From: Bdellovibrionota bacterium | GTDB taxonomy: Bacteria > Bdellovibrionota > UBA1018 > UBA923 | Direction: 5' to 3' | Assembly: GCA_040754655.1 (NCBI GenBank) | Contig: JBFMCE010000001.1 | Coordinates: forward strand, 1-64,000 | DNA length: 64,000 bases | In this document: one piece after another, positions 27,416-37,526 of the stretch | Position numbering within the stretch: the stretch's first letter is position 1 | Layout of the letters: each line of letters starts with the position of its first letter | Made by a program: the position numbers and the translations under genes | The notes under the pieces: model-generated | What the model saw: the letters and a program-made list of their open reading frames with translations, nothing else | Database searches by the model: none | What the model was told of the DNA's origin: nothing

Positions 27416-28726
27416 ATGGCGAAGAACTCAAGCCAAGCAAAACGTCTCGCTCTTGTTCAAGATTCGAATCACCATCTTGTGAAACAACAGGCTCACGAAA
27501 ATCCGCTCTTGAACCTGAATTACCAGTTTGACCTGGCCGCCGAGATCCTCAATCTCGAGAGAGACATGCGTTCTTTGCTCAAAGAACCTTATCGTGAACT
27601 GCATGTTCAGGTGCCCGTGAAAATGGACAATGGACGCCTTCAAATTTTCCATGGATACCGCATCCAACACAATGCCGTCAGGGGGCCTTACAAGGGTGGC
27701 ATTCGATACCACCAAGACGTCGATCGCGACGAAGTACTTGCTTTAGCCACTCTGATGTCATGGAAAACAGCGATTGTTGATATTCCCTTCGGTGGCGCCA
27801 AGGGCGGCGTGGCAGTCGATCCTATGAAGCTCTCGGCCCGAGAGCTTCAAACATTGACGCGAGGCTTTACTTCGAAAATTGATCTGATCATCGGCCCGCA
27901 TCGCGATATTCCGGCTCCTGACGTGAACACTGATGAGCGCACGATGGCTTGGATGATGGATGAATACGGCAAAAAACACGGCTACACTCCTGCGATCGTC
28001 ACAGGAAAACCGATCGCTCTGGGTGGAAGCGTGGGTCGAAAGGAAGCCACGGGTCGTGGTGTTGTTTACTCAATCGTCGAGGCCTGCAAGGCTTACGGCA
28101 TTGATATCAGGAAATCGACCGCTGTGATCCAAGGCTTTGGAAACGTCGGGAGCTTCACAGCCAAATTCTTGCACGAGTTGGGTTGCAAAGTGATTGGCGT
28201 GACTGATGTGTCTGGCGGCGTCTACGACAAGAATGGTTTGAACGTGCCGGATTTGCTTGAGCATGTCGCAAAAGAAAAGAGCCTTGCAGGCTACAAAAAG
28301 GGCGAGCCGCTCACGAACGAGAAAGTATTCGAGATCAAGTGCGATATCTTGGTGCCCGCGGCGCTGGGTGGTGTTCTTACCGGGAGTGTCGCTCACAAAG
28401 TGAATTGCCGTTTGATCGCTGAGGCGGCAAATAACCCAACCACCAAAGAAGCCGACGAGGTTTTCAAGGAAAACGGCATTCCGGTCATTGCAGACATTCT
28501 TTGCAACGCTGGTGGGGTGACAGTGAGTTACTTTGAGTGGGCGCAGAACCTACAGCAATACCGCTGGGATGTCGAGCAAGTGAATCGTGAGTTGCAAAAG
28601 GTCATGACTAGGGCATTTCAAGAGGTGCATGCACTGGCGAAGAAACATGACATCTCTCTTCGCACCGCTTCTTACATGCTTGCCCTTGACCGTGTGGCTC
28701 AAGCGACGCGGCTGAGAGTGTTGTAA
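27416..28726 (+). CDS. gdhA: Glu/Leu/Phe/Val dehydrogenase (glutamate dehydrogenase)
   Basis: GPYKGGIRY, GGAKGG, DIPAPDV, VTGKP, QGFGNVG, NAGGVTVSYFEW. Confidence 0.93.
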   Translation: MAKNSSQAKRLALVQDSNHHLVKQQAHENPLLNLNYQFDLAAEILNLERDMRSLLKEPYRELHVQVPVKMDNGRLQIFHGYRIQHNAVRGPYKGGIRYHQDVDRDEVLALATLMSWKTAIVDIPFGGAKGGVAVDPMKLSARELQTLTRGFTSKIDLIIGPHRDIPAPDVNTDERTMAWMMDEYGKKHGYTPAIVTGKPIALGGSVGRKEATGRGVVYSIVEACKAYGIDIRKSTAVIQGFGNVGSFTAKFLHELGCKVIGVTDVSGGVYDKNGLNVPDLLEHVAKEKSLAGYKKGEPLTNEKVFEIKCDILVPAALGGVLTGSVAHKVNCRLIAEAANNPTTKEADEVFKENGIPVIADILCNAGGVTVSYFEWAQNLQQYRWDVEQVNRELQKVMTRAFQEVHALAKKHDISLRTASYMLALDRVAQATRLRVL

Positions 28727-28748
28727 GGCTCTGAGTCCGTGCATGCAG

Positions 28749-29777
28749 CTATTTCTTGCACGCCTTTGCAAAACTGAATTTGTATTTGCGCTCAAATGCG
28801 ATCGCATAGGCAGCAAAGGAAACTACCGCTGCGTTGCCCGAGATGAAATCGGTCCATTCGGTTGAGGGTTCGCTTTTAATGTCTGCGCCGTCTTGGCGTG
28901 TATTCACTTCTTCCAAAACATTTACAGCGATACCGCCTGCGAGCGAGAGGCCCAGAGGAATCATTTCTGAGGGAATTGACTTCCTGAAACAATGATAAAC
29001 GACTCCCATAATCGGCAACAACATGTAAAAATTCGAACCATGGTCGAGCACCAGGTTTTCATACCCTTGTTTTCTTATCCAGACCGAGGTGCTCCACGCC
29101 ACCCAGCTCGCAGCATTGGCGGTTACACTTCCTCTACATCGTCTTGCGATCTTGTCGTAGAATTCTCGAGTTTTTCTCGGCGAAATTTTTCTTTCAAGAA
29201 GTTTTTTTGCTTTCTTGAAGTTAGGGTCAGCATCGAACGACTTGAAGTCGGCGCATACGAAATCGAGCAGCTTCTTTTCGTTAAAACTTCGTATTGGATG
29301 AATTGGCTCTAGTTCACCATGTTGTACAAAAAACTGATCGTGGCTGTTCTCTTTTCTGAAGATCCTCACTTTGGATTCGCTGTCTTGGTCAAAGACATGA
29401 ACGCGTCCTCTTTGGTCGGATAAAGTGTAGAACGAAATCTCATTTGAAAGTTCAATTCGATTCAGGATACCGGTTATAATTTCGTCCTTGTTGCCTTCGC
29501 TGTAGATTATAACGACCCTAGATTTATTGTGCTCTTGCACCAAAATGGGTCGAAATGACGAGAATGACCACTCTTGCGCATCACCAAAAGGTCGCCATTT
29601 TGGAGGCATGAATTCTGGAATAATGAAGTTGTCTGCGACTTGGCTGATTTTGCAAGCATCCCGCTCTTGCGCTGATCCTTGCGCCGTGACGAAGAAGAAA
29701 GTCGATATGCAGAGTAAGGTCAGGGCTATCCTCATCTCATTCCATTTTAGGGCGTGTAAATGAAAAGATCGATGCAC
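28749..29777 (-). CDS. Exported or membrane hypothetical protein
   Basis: Signal peptide, soluble N-domain, hydrophobic C-terminal helices. Confidence 0.6.
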   Translation of the reverse strand: MHRSFHLHALKWNEMRIALTLLCISTFFFVTAQGSAQERDACKISQVADNFIIPEFMPPKWRPFGDAQEWSFSSFRPILVQEHNKSRVVIIYSEGNKDEIITGILNRIELSNEISFYTLSDQRGRVHVFDQDSESKVRIFRKENSHDQFFVQHGELEPIHPIRSFNEKKLLDFVCADFKSFDADPNFKKAKKLLERKISPRKTREFYDKIARRCRGSVTANAASWVAWSTSVWIRKQGYENLVLDHGSNFYMLLPIMGVVYHCFRKSIPSEMIPLGLSLAGGIAVNVLEEVNTRQDGADIKSEPSTEWTDFISGNAAVVSFAAYAIAFERKYKFSFAKACKK

Positions 29778-29793
29778 TGGTGATTCAAAACGA

Positions 29794-30888
29794 TTACGAA
29801 CGCAAGACTAGGCAAGAATCTCCAAACTCGTGTTGTAAATAACCATATTTCTGGGCAAATTGAGCCGCCTGAATCAAAGCCTCGCGCGGTGCAAAGGCTT
29901 CAAGCAACCGAAAATGGCTTTCGCTTTGATCGTGTATCCCGCTTATGACTCCGCTAACGACGCAAAGTTTGGTGGTCGCGCTGAGAATGATGCCGGTTGA
30001 GCCCATTCCCTCATGAAGAGCGCCATGATTGGCGTAGCACCCTTCGAGCGCACGAACCACGGAAGTGCCCACGGCGACTACGCGCTTGCCTTCATTCTTG
30101 GCTTTGCCGATTGCTTCGATCGTCTTGGCAGGAATGAAAAAGCGCTCATTGAGAGGGAGTTTTTCGTCTAGGGCTTCGTCTCCTGTTGAGGAAATTCCGG
30201 TGGCATGGGTGAGAGTCGCGAATTCAATTCCTTTTCGCGCGAGTTTAATGAGCAGTTCCGCGGTGAAGGGTCTTCCGGCTGAAGGCATTTCCGAAGCCCA
30301 AGGAAGTGACGAGTAGAGGGTTTGAACCGACCAAAGCGAGAGTTCTTCCTTCAAGTAAGAGTATTGAATGGGTTGGCCGAGTTCGAAGATTTTTTTCCAC
30401 ATTTCTTGCTCTGAAACCTCGAATCGCAAGGTCATGAATCGGTTTGAGAACTTTGAAACAGCTTCAATTGAAGCCGTGAAGCGTCGTGCATCCGGTAGAG
30501 CAAAATCTGGCACGATAGTACCGCTTTGCTTTTCATCAGAGCTTTGGTGGTTCCCAAAAAATAGGACATCTTTAGGGCCGAGTCTTGGAGGTGCCGGCCT
30601 ATCTTCAGTTCTTATGCGCCAATCGCCTTCACCTAAGACCAAGGCTTGCCACGAACCATCTTCGTTTTTGGCGACAAGGCGCACTTCGATGCTTTGGCCG
30701 CCTTGAGTTCTTGCTTTCAACGACGCCGGATAGGTCGCTGCATCATTGAAGATCAGAAGATCGCCTTGATTCAAAAAATGAGGCAGATCGCTGAACGTCG
30801 CGTTTTCAGGAACCCGGGGTCGGCGTCGAATCACCAACAGTTTTTGTTCATGCCGATCGCGCGGGCGCGTTGCGGTTTGAAGCGACAT
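29794..30888 (-). CDS. QueA-like protein (SAM:tRNA ribosyltransferase-isomerase paralogue)
   Basis: F.DLP.FL..GDLLIFN, EMPSAGRPFT, AVGTSVVRALE, Y..HEFGD; ATG 30888 after GAGG. Confidence 0.85.
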   Translation of the reverse strand: MSLQTATRPRDRHEQKLLVIRRRPRVPENATFSDLPHFLNQGDLLIFNDAATYPASLKARTQGGQSIEVRLVAKNEDGSWQALVLGEGDWRIRTEDRPAPPRLGPKDVLFFGNHQSSDEKQSGTIVPDFALPDARRFTASIEAVSKFSNRFMTLRFEVSEQEMWKKIFELGQPIQYSYLKEELSLWSVQTLYSSLPWASEMPSAGRPFTAELLIKLARKGIEFATLTHATGISSTGDEALDEKLPLNERFFIPAKTIEAIGKAKNEGKRVVAVGTSVVRALEGCYANHGALHEGMGSTGIILSATTKLCVVSGVISGIHDQSESHFRLLEAFAPREALIQAAQFAQKYGYLQHEFGDSCLVLRS

Positions 30889-31624
30889 TTGGAACCTCCC
30901 ATTTTGAAAGAATGACGCGTGAACCATTTTTTTCTGTTTCCGCGTTTGCAATCAGGTGGACTAATTTTAAAGCAACCTGACCGGGATCTGCCAATGATTG
31001 TGGATCGGCATCGGGCACTGCATCAGCATGCATTTGTGTGTTCATCTCGCCCGGATCGACGCTCAAGAACCTTACTCGCGTGGGTTCAAGCTCTGCCGCC
31101 CAAATTCGGGTCAGATGATCGTTTGCGGCTTTTGAAGCCGAATACGATCCCCAGGTCGGATACGCTTCGATCGCCGCATCAGATGAAATATTCACGATCA
31201 AACCTTCTTTCCGAAGCACCATGTTTCCAACGATAGCCTTTGTGAGACGGTGCGGTCCGATCAGATTGGTTTGCAAGACCTGCTCAAGGTCTTCACAGCC
31301 GGTATCGAGAAGAAGCCGCAGGGGAGTAGTGCCAAGGGTGCTTGCATTATTGATGAGAATATCGAGAGGTGCCTTAAGCAGGGCAGTGGCTCGAATAACA
31401 AGCCGATAAATGGCTTCCTTCTTCGAAATATCAGCGGAAATACCATAAATAAATTGATGACTCGGGCGACCGAGCCTTAGTTTCTCGGCCACTCGATTGA
31501 GTTTTGCCTCTCCCCGCGCGACAAGGATGAGATTTGCTCCTTTATCTGCCAATGCCATGGCGAGCCCTAGCCCCAGGCCTTGGCTTGCGCCAGTAATCAG
31601 AATATTCTTGTTGTGTAGATCCAT
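30848..31624 (-). CDS. Short-chain dehydrogenase/reductase
   Basis: TGASQGLG, NNAS, YSASK, DPGEM.T.MH. Confidence 0.92.
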   Translation of the reverse strand: MDLHNKNILITGASQGLGLGLAMALADKGANLILVARGEAKLNRVAEKLRLGRPSHQFIYGISADISKKEAIYRLVIRATALLKAPLDILINNASTLGTTPLRLLLDTGCEDLEQVLQTNLIGPHRLTKAIVGNMVLRKEGLIVNISSDAAIEAYPTWGSYSASKAANDHLTRIWAAELEPTRVRFLSVDPGEMNTQMHADAVPDADPQSLADPGQVALKLVHLIANAETEKNGSRVILSKWEVPNVASNRNAPARSA

Positions 31625-31716
31625 TTGGAACCTCGCTTTCTCAATCAGTATAAATGGCCTCTGATGATATAAGGTCTTTTTTGACATTATATTAGCGAAA
31701 GGATAAGTTATTGCGC

Positions 31717-32265
31717 ATGCAAGGCTCAGTAGCTCAAAACATCGGAAAAAATATCAAACAAATCAGAGAAATGAGAGGTCTCACTCAAGAGCAGCTGGCA
31801 AAGCTCACAGGTGTACCTAGACCGACTTGGGCAAACCTAGAGTCGGGTGCAGCAAACCCCACGATTTCATTGCTGGCCCGGGTAGCGATGGGTCTACAAG
31901 TGAGCGTGGAAGAATTGATCGGACCTCCCAGAGCAGAGTGCAAATTCTATTCGGTGCGCGAGTTGCCGATAAAAAAGCGAGGCGAGGTTTTGGTACGAAG
32001 ACTTCTTCCCGATTCGCTGCAGAATATCGAGCTTGATCGCATGGAACTTCCAGCGGGTTCACGAATGGTAGGCGTGCCTCATCGTGCGGGCACGCGAGAG
32101 TATTTGACCTGCGAATCGGGTGAGATCGAACTTACCGTGATGGGAGAATCGTGGAAACTCGGGGCAGGTGATGTCGTGGTTTTTCGCGGAGACCAAAAGC
32201 ACTCGTATGCGAATAGCGGTGCGCGAGTGGCGGTGGCCTATAGCGTGGTTTTGATCGGGGTTTGA
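31717..32265 (+). CDS. XRE-family HTH regulator with cupin domain
   Basis: R..RGLTQEQLA...GV.R...ANLESG.ANPT; cupin H..GTREY, GDVVVF.GD..H.Y.N. Confidence 0.92.
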   Translation: MQGSVAQNIGKNIKQIREMRGLTQEQLAKLTGVPRPTWANLESGAANPTISLLARVAMGLQVSVEELIGPPRAECKFYSVRELPIKKRGEVLVRRLLPDSLQNIELDRMELPAGSRMVGVPHRAGTREYLTCESGEIELTVMGESWKLGAGDVVVFRGDQKHSYANSGARVAVAYSVVLIGV

Positions 32266-32325
32266 AAGTCCAACAAATCCCTAGGATTTACAGCCATTTA
32301 TTGATAAAACTAGCTTTTTAGAGGA

Positions 32326-35300
32326 GTGCAAATTTTGCAGAAGATCCCGCCAAAAAAACCATTAACTCCACGCGCCAAAGCGCTAGTCACCGTCCTTGCT
32401 GAGCGCATCCTGGTGCTCGATGGAGCGATGGGGACGGCGATTCAAGACAAGAATCTTCAACCTGAAGATTTCGGTGGCGCAGATCTTGAGGGTTGCAATG
32501 AGAACTTGATCCTCACGAAGCCTGGGGTGATTCGCGCGATTCATGAAGCTTATTTAGCGGCAGGATGCGATATCATTGAAACCAATACCTTTGGTGCGAC
32601 GCCACTCGTGTTGGATGAGTATGGTTTGGGTAAAAAGGCGCACGAAATCAATTTCGCTGCTGCACGCATTGCGCGCGAGGCCGCCGAAAAATATTCAACC
32701 GCAGAGAAACCCAGGTTTGTCGCGGGCTCGATCGGACCCACGACTAAAGCGATTTCGGTGACGGGTGGGGCGACTTTTGAAGAACTCCAAGAGAATTTCT
32801 ACATACAGGCTAAAGCGCTTTTTGAGGGCGGAGCTGATTACTTCCTGATTGAAACCTGCCAAGACACCCGCAATATCAAGGCCGCTCTTTTAGCGATCGA
32901 CCGTCTTTTTGAGGAAACTGAAGCGGCGATCCCGGTGGCTGTTTCGGGCACGATTGAGCCAATGGGCACCATGCTCGCGGGCCAGTCGGTGGAAGCGCTT
33001 TTTGCCTCGCTGGCACATCGTGACTTGCTTTACATCGGCCTGAATTGCGCCACCGGCCCTGAGTTCATGACCGATCACATCCGTTCTCTCGCGAAGCTTT
33101 CGAATTTCAAGGTGGCTTGCGTTCCGAACGCGGGTTTGCCCGATGAAAATGGATGTTATCTCGAAACTCCCGAGATGCTCACGGGCGTGCTTTCACGGTT
33201 TGTTTCCCACGGCTGGATCAATCTTTTGGGTGGATGTTGCGGCACGCATGCGGGTCATATCCAGGCGCTGTCAAAGCTTGCCTCCACGGCGAAGCCTCGA
33301 GTTCCTGAAGCAACGCCTCGGTCGCAACTTTCAGGGGTCGACTATCTTGAAATCACTGATGAGATGCGTCCGGTCATCGTGGGCGAGCGAACCAATGTGA
33401 TTGGCAGCAAGAAATTCAAAGAACTGATTTGCCAAGAGAAGTTCGAGGAAGCGGCGGAGGTCGCAAGGGCGCAGATCAAGAGCGGAGCCCACATCATCGA
33501 TGTTTGCCTGGCGAACCCCGATCGCGATGAGCTCTCGGATATGCGGCGCTTTTTAGAGGTTGCGGTGAAGAAAGTCCGCGCCCCTCTGATGATTGACTCG
33601 ACCGACGAGAAGGTCATTGAGCTCGCGCTCACTTATTGCCAGGGCAAGGCCATTATCAATTCAATCAATTTAGAAGATGGCGAGGAGCGTTTTGAGAAGG
33701 TGATTCCTTTGGCCAGGCGATTTGGAGCGGCATTGGTCGTAGGTACGATCGATGATGATCCGGCGCAAGGCATGGGGGTTTCGCGTCAAAGAAAACTAGA
33801 GATCGCAGGGCGCTCTTATGAGCTGCTGACCCAAAAGTACGGCGTGAGGCCTGAAGACATTTACTGGGATCCTCTCGTTTTTCCGTGCGCAACCGGTGAT
33901 GCCCAGTACGTCGGATCAGCCGTTGAAACGATCGAAGGCTTGCGGCTCATCAAACAAAAGTTCCCGGGCACGAAAACGGTCCTTGGAATCTCGAACGTGA
34001 GTTTCGGGCTCCCAAATGCTGGCAGGGAAGTCTTGAACTCGGTCTTCTTGTACCATTGCGTGCAAGCGGGCCTTGATCTTGCGATCGTCAATTCCGAGAA
34101 GCTTCAGCGCTTCGCAAGCATCCCGGAAGAAGAAAAGAAGCTCGCCGATGATCTTCTTTACAACCGAGGGGAAGATCCGATTGCGGCTTTTGCCGCTCAT
34201 TTCCGGAAGAGAAAGTCGAACTCGAACGAAAACAAGGTGAAGCTGCCGTTGATGGAGCGCCTGCCTTGTTACATCATTGAAGGCTCGCGTGACGGCCTCA
34301 TAGAAGACTTGAATGAAGCTCTTGAGACGATGAAACCCCTTGAAATCATCAACGGTCCTTTGATGAAAGGCATGGATGAGGTGGGGCGCCTTTTCAATGC
34401 GAACCAATTGATCGTGGCTGAAGTGCTGCAATCTGCCGAGGCGATGAAAGCCGCGGTGGCGCATCTTGAGCCTTTCATGGAAAAATCAGAGAGCTCAAGC
34501 CGTGGCAAGGTGCTTCTCGCCACGGTGAAGGGTGATGTTCATGATATCGGCAAGAACCTCGTTGAGATCATCCTTGCGAACAATGGATTCCAGGTTCTCA
34601 ACCTCGGTATCAAGGTGCTTCCTGAGGCCTTGATCCAGGCCGTGCGCGAACACAAGCCGGACATCGTAGGCCTTTCAGGGCTTTTGGTGAAATCGGCCCA
34701 GCAAATGGCGCTCACGGCTGCCGACTTCTCGCGCGCGGGCGTGAGCACTCCGATGCTTGTGGGTGGGGCCGCCCTGTCTTCTAATTTTGTCGACCGGCAG
34801 ATCGCGCCGGCGTACGCGGGCACCGTGGCTTATGCGTCTGATGCGATGAGCGGGCTTGAGCTTGCGAAGGTGATCGTAGATCCGTCGAGGTTTGAAGGCC
34901 TGAAGACTGATCTTGCCGAACGAAGAAGAAATTTGAAGGAGGCTTCAACCACCGCGCCGGCGGCGCCGGCGGAAGCAGACACCAAGCGCTCGTCACAGAT
35001 CTCATTGGTTGATCAGATTCCGTCTCCTTCTGATTTCAGTCGGCACGTGATCCGCAACACTCCCATCGATACGATTTGGAAATATGTGAATCCTTTGATG
35101 CTCTACGGCCGTCATCTTGGCATCAAAGGGGGGGTGGTCCGGCAGCTTGAAAAGGCAAACAAAGACCCGAATCTTATGCGCGAGCTTGAACAAACTGAAG
35201 CTAAGTCGCTTGCGATCTGGCGCGCTGTTGAGGAGGTGAAGGCTGAGTATCGCGGCACTGAGATCATGCAGCCGTCGGCGGTCTTCCAGTTTTTCAGAGC

Positions 35301-35895
35301 CTCGAGCAAAGACAATACGGTGAACCTGTATTCAAACGACGGGGCTTCTGAAAATGAAGTGGTTTCGGCCGCGATCGAGTTTCCCCGCCAAAGAAAACCA
35401 GATGGGCTTTGTTTGTCAGACTATGTCCAACCCTTTGATGGATCGCCTGCCCGTGACAGCGTGGCTTTGTTCCTGGTCTCGGTGGGCAAGGGAGTGCGCC
35501 AACTCGCCGAGAATCTAAAGAATCGCGGAGACTATCTCAAGTCTCACATCGTACAGGCCTTGGCGCTTGAGTCGGCCGAGGCGTATGCCGAGCTTCTGCA
35601 TTCACAATTGCGTAAAGCCTGGGGCTATCCTGATGCGCCAGAAATGACAATGCTTGAACGTTTTCAAGCGCGTTATCGTGGTAAGAGGTACTCATTCGGA
35701 TATCCGGCGTGTCCAAAGCTTGATGATCAAGCTATTTTGTTCCAGTTGTTGCAACCCGGCGAGGTCGGTGTGCAGCTCACAGACGGGTTTATGATGGACC
35801 CGGAAGCGAGCGTCTCTGCGATCGTGTTTCATCACCCGCAGGCGACGTATTTTTCGGTGGGTCACAAGGGTGGGCCTGACGACGACAATCGTTGA
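32326..35895 (+). CDS. metH: Cobalamin-dependent methionine synthase
   Basis: LDGAMGT, LNCATG, GGCCGT, GERTN, DVHDIGKN, RYSFGYPACP. Confidence 0.98.
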   Translation: MQILQKIPPKKPLTPRAKALVTVLAERILVLDGAMGTAIQDKNLQPEDFGGADLEGCNENLILTKPGVIRAIHEAYLAAGCDIIETNTFGATPLVLDEYGLGKKAHEINFAAARIAREAAEKYSTAEKPRFVAGSIGPTTKAISVTGGATFEELQENFYIQAKALFEGGADYFLIETCQDTRNIKAALLAIDRLFEETEAAIPVAVSGTIEPMGTMLAGQSVEALFASLAHRDLLYIGLNCATGPEFMTDHIRSLAKLSNFKVACVPNAGLPDENGCYLETPEMLTGVLSRFVSHGWINLLGGCCGTHAGHIQALSKLASTAKPRVPEATPRSQLSGVDYLEITDEMRPVIVGERTNVIGSKKFKELICQEKFEEAAEVARAQIKSGAHIIDVCLANPDRDELSDMRRFLEVAVKKVRAPLMIDSTDEKVIELALTYCQGKAIINSINLEDGEERFEKVIPLARRFGAALVVGTIDDDPAQGMGVSRQRKLEIAGRSYELLTQKYGVRPEDIYWDPLVFPCATGDAQYVGSAVETIEGLRLIKQKFPGTKTVLGISNVSFGLPNAGREVLNSVFLYHCVQAGLDLAIVNSEKLQRFASIPEEEKKLADDLLYNRGEDPIAAFAAHFRKRKSNSNENKVKLPLMERLPCYIIEGSRDGLIEDLNEALETMKPLEIINGPLMKGMDEVGRLFNANQLIVAEVLQSAEAMKAAVAHLEPFMEKSESSSRGKVLLATVKGDVHDIGKNLVEIILANNGFQVLNLGIKVLPEALIQAVREHKPDIVGLSGLLVKSAQQMALTAADFSRAGVSTPMLVGGAALSSNFVDRQIAPAYAGTVAYASDAMSGLELAKVIVDPSRFEGLKTDLAERRRNLKEASTTAPAAPAEADTKRSSQISLVDQIPSPSDFSRHVIRNTPIDTIWKYVNPLMLYGRHLGIKGGVVRQLEKANKDPNLMRELEQTEAKSLAIWRAVEEVKAEYRGTEIMQPSAVFQFFRASSKDNTVNLYSNDGASENEVVSAAIEFPRQRKPDGLCLSDYVQPFDGSPARDSVALFLVSVGKGVRQLAENLKNRGDYLKSHIVQALALESAEAYAELLHSQLRKAWGYPDAPEMTMLERFQARYRGKRYSFGYPACPKLDDQAILFQLLQPGEVGVQLTDGFMMDPEASVSAIVFHHPQATYFSVGHKGGPDDDNR

Positions 35896-35908
35896 GGACT
35901 AAAAAAGC

Positions 35909-37009
35909 ATGAAGTTTGTTCAAAGGAATCTTCCTCTTCGGCCGATGGCCACCGGCATAGGAAGTTTGCCTCATCACAATATTGACGCCGCGCTGGCCTT
36001 TGCTTTTCAAACAAGCCTGCCTTTCTTGCCGCAAATTCCGCTCTGCAACCCGTGGGAATACATGATCGCGCAAGCCCTGGAAGGCTTGCCGGGACTGAAA
36101 GTCGAAAAAGACGGCTTGGTTCTGCTCGATCTTGATTATTGGACGAGCCGTTCCTTTGCTCTCAATGAAAAACTAGAGAAGGCTTTTTCTGAGACGGCCA
36201 AACACGAGGCCTTTGAGGGTTTTGAGCCTTCGACCGCCAACTCAAGCGGTTGGCAGCCCTTTGTTTGGGAACTTGAAGAACGTGGCTCTCGTTTGGCTAA
36301 GGTCCAGCTCGCCGGTCCTTTGACGTCGCAGTGGGTGCTGAAACTGCAAGATGGAACGAATTTGTCTCGTTATCCAGAGGTGACTAGCCAGATCTATCGG
36401 CTGGTGCTTGCAAGAGCTCTTGCAATGTCGCGCAGGCTTCAGAAGGCCGGCGTTCAGCCGCTACTGTACCTTGATGAGCCTGGACTCTATGCTTACTCGG
36501 CCGCAGAGCCTCGTCATGTCTTAGCCCTCCAAGAACTCAAGCTTCTGATTCAAACGCTTCGGAAAGAGGGCGTACTCGTGGGGCTTCATTGTTGCAGCGA
36601 TACCGATTGGAAGGCCGTCCTTGGATTAGGACTCGATGTGCTTTCTCTCGATACCGGGCTTTCACTCTCGAGCATTCTCGAGCATGATGCGGATCTCGAG
36701 AATTTCATTCAACGCGGGGGTCGTCTTTCTCTAGGGATCGTACCGACTTCGCGCATCAGCGGGCAAGAACTGCAATCGCTTGAAGCAAGAGACTTGTTCT
36801 TGAATCTCCTTGAGACGTTTGACCTTAAACTCAAAGACAGACCTCAGCTGGTTCGCAAGATCCTGACGCAAGCGATTTATACCCCGGCATGCGGGTTGGC
36901 GCTTCATAGCGTGAGCGACGCCGAGGTCATCTTAGATCTTCTGAACCAGTTTGAAAGTTACTGCACTAGGGCTCTATTCGGGCAATCTGAGAGCCTGACT
37001 CTTCATTGA
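35909..37009 (+). CDS. Short cobalamin-independent methionine-synthase-like (URO-D/CIMS fold) protein
   Basis: TGIGSLPH, GPLT, DEP, GLHCC, TPACGL; 366 aa, no duplicated N-terminal barrel. Confidence 0.75.
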   Translation: MKFVQRNLPLRPMATGIGSLPHHNIDAALAFAFQTSLPFLPQIPLCNPWEYMIAQALEGLPGLKVEKDGLVLLDLDYWTSRSFALNEKLEKAFSETAKHEAFEGFEPSTANSSGWQPFVWELEERGSRLAKVQLAGPLTSQWVLKLQDGTNLSRYPEVTSQIYRLVLARALAMSRRLQKAGVQPLLYLDEPGLYAYSAAEPRHVLALQELKLLIQTLRKEGVLVGLHCCSDTDWKAVLGLGLDVLSLDTGLSLSSILEHDADLENFIQRGGRLSLGIVPTSRISGQELQSLEARDLFLNLLETFDLKLKDRPQLVRKILTQAIYTPACGLALHSVSDAEVILDLLNQFESYCTRALFGQSESLTLH

Positions 37010-37021
37010 GAGGGCTTGTTT

Positions 37022-37495
37022 TCAAAGGTGTTTTCGAACAGCGTCTAAAGTCTCTTGCATCGTCGCTTCCGGGTTCACTTTGCGCCAGACTTGGCGCACG
37101 TTTCCTTGCGGGTCGATCAAGAAGGTGTCGCGCGAAAGACCCTTGTAGGTTTGGCCCTTCCAAGTTTGATCCCCGTATACGCCTAAAGGACCGCTCAGCG
37201 CATGTTGGGTGTCAGCAAGCAACGGAAAGTTCAAACTGAATTTGTTGATGAAGGCGTCATGCGAGTGAAGGTCATCCAAACTCACGCCGAACACTTGAAC
37301 TCCAAGGTCTCGAAAATCTTTTATGTGATCACGATAAGCGCAAGCCTGTTTGGTGCAGCCAGGCGTGTCGTCTTTGGGATAGAAATAAAGGATCGTCCAT
37401 TTTCCTTTGAGATCCTTGGGGAGCGACACGTTGCCTCCCGCTGAGCTCTCTAGGGTAACTTCGGGTAGCGCTTTTCCAATCCAGTTGTCTGTCAT
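37022..37495 (-). CDS. bcp: Peroxiredoxin, BCP/PrxQ family
   Basis: YFYPKDDTPGCTKQAC, FPLLAD, R.TFLID. Confidence 0.95.
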   Translation of the reverse strand: MTDNWIGKALPEVTLESSAGGNVSLPKDLKGKWTILYFYPKDDTPGCTKQACAYRDHIKDFRDLGVQVFGVSLDDLHSHDAFINKFSLNFPLLADTQHALSGPLGVYGDQTWKGQTYKGLSRDTFLIDPQGNVRQVWRKVNPEATMQETLDAVRKHL

Positions 37496-37526
37496 CGTGA
37501 ATCTCCTTGCGTGCGATAAATCGGAA

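Noticed and set aside
32266..32325. SAM or cobalamin riboswitch before metH
   Set aside because: The spacer is only 60 nt; only a short AAATCC-CTA-GGATTT palindrome is present.
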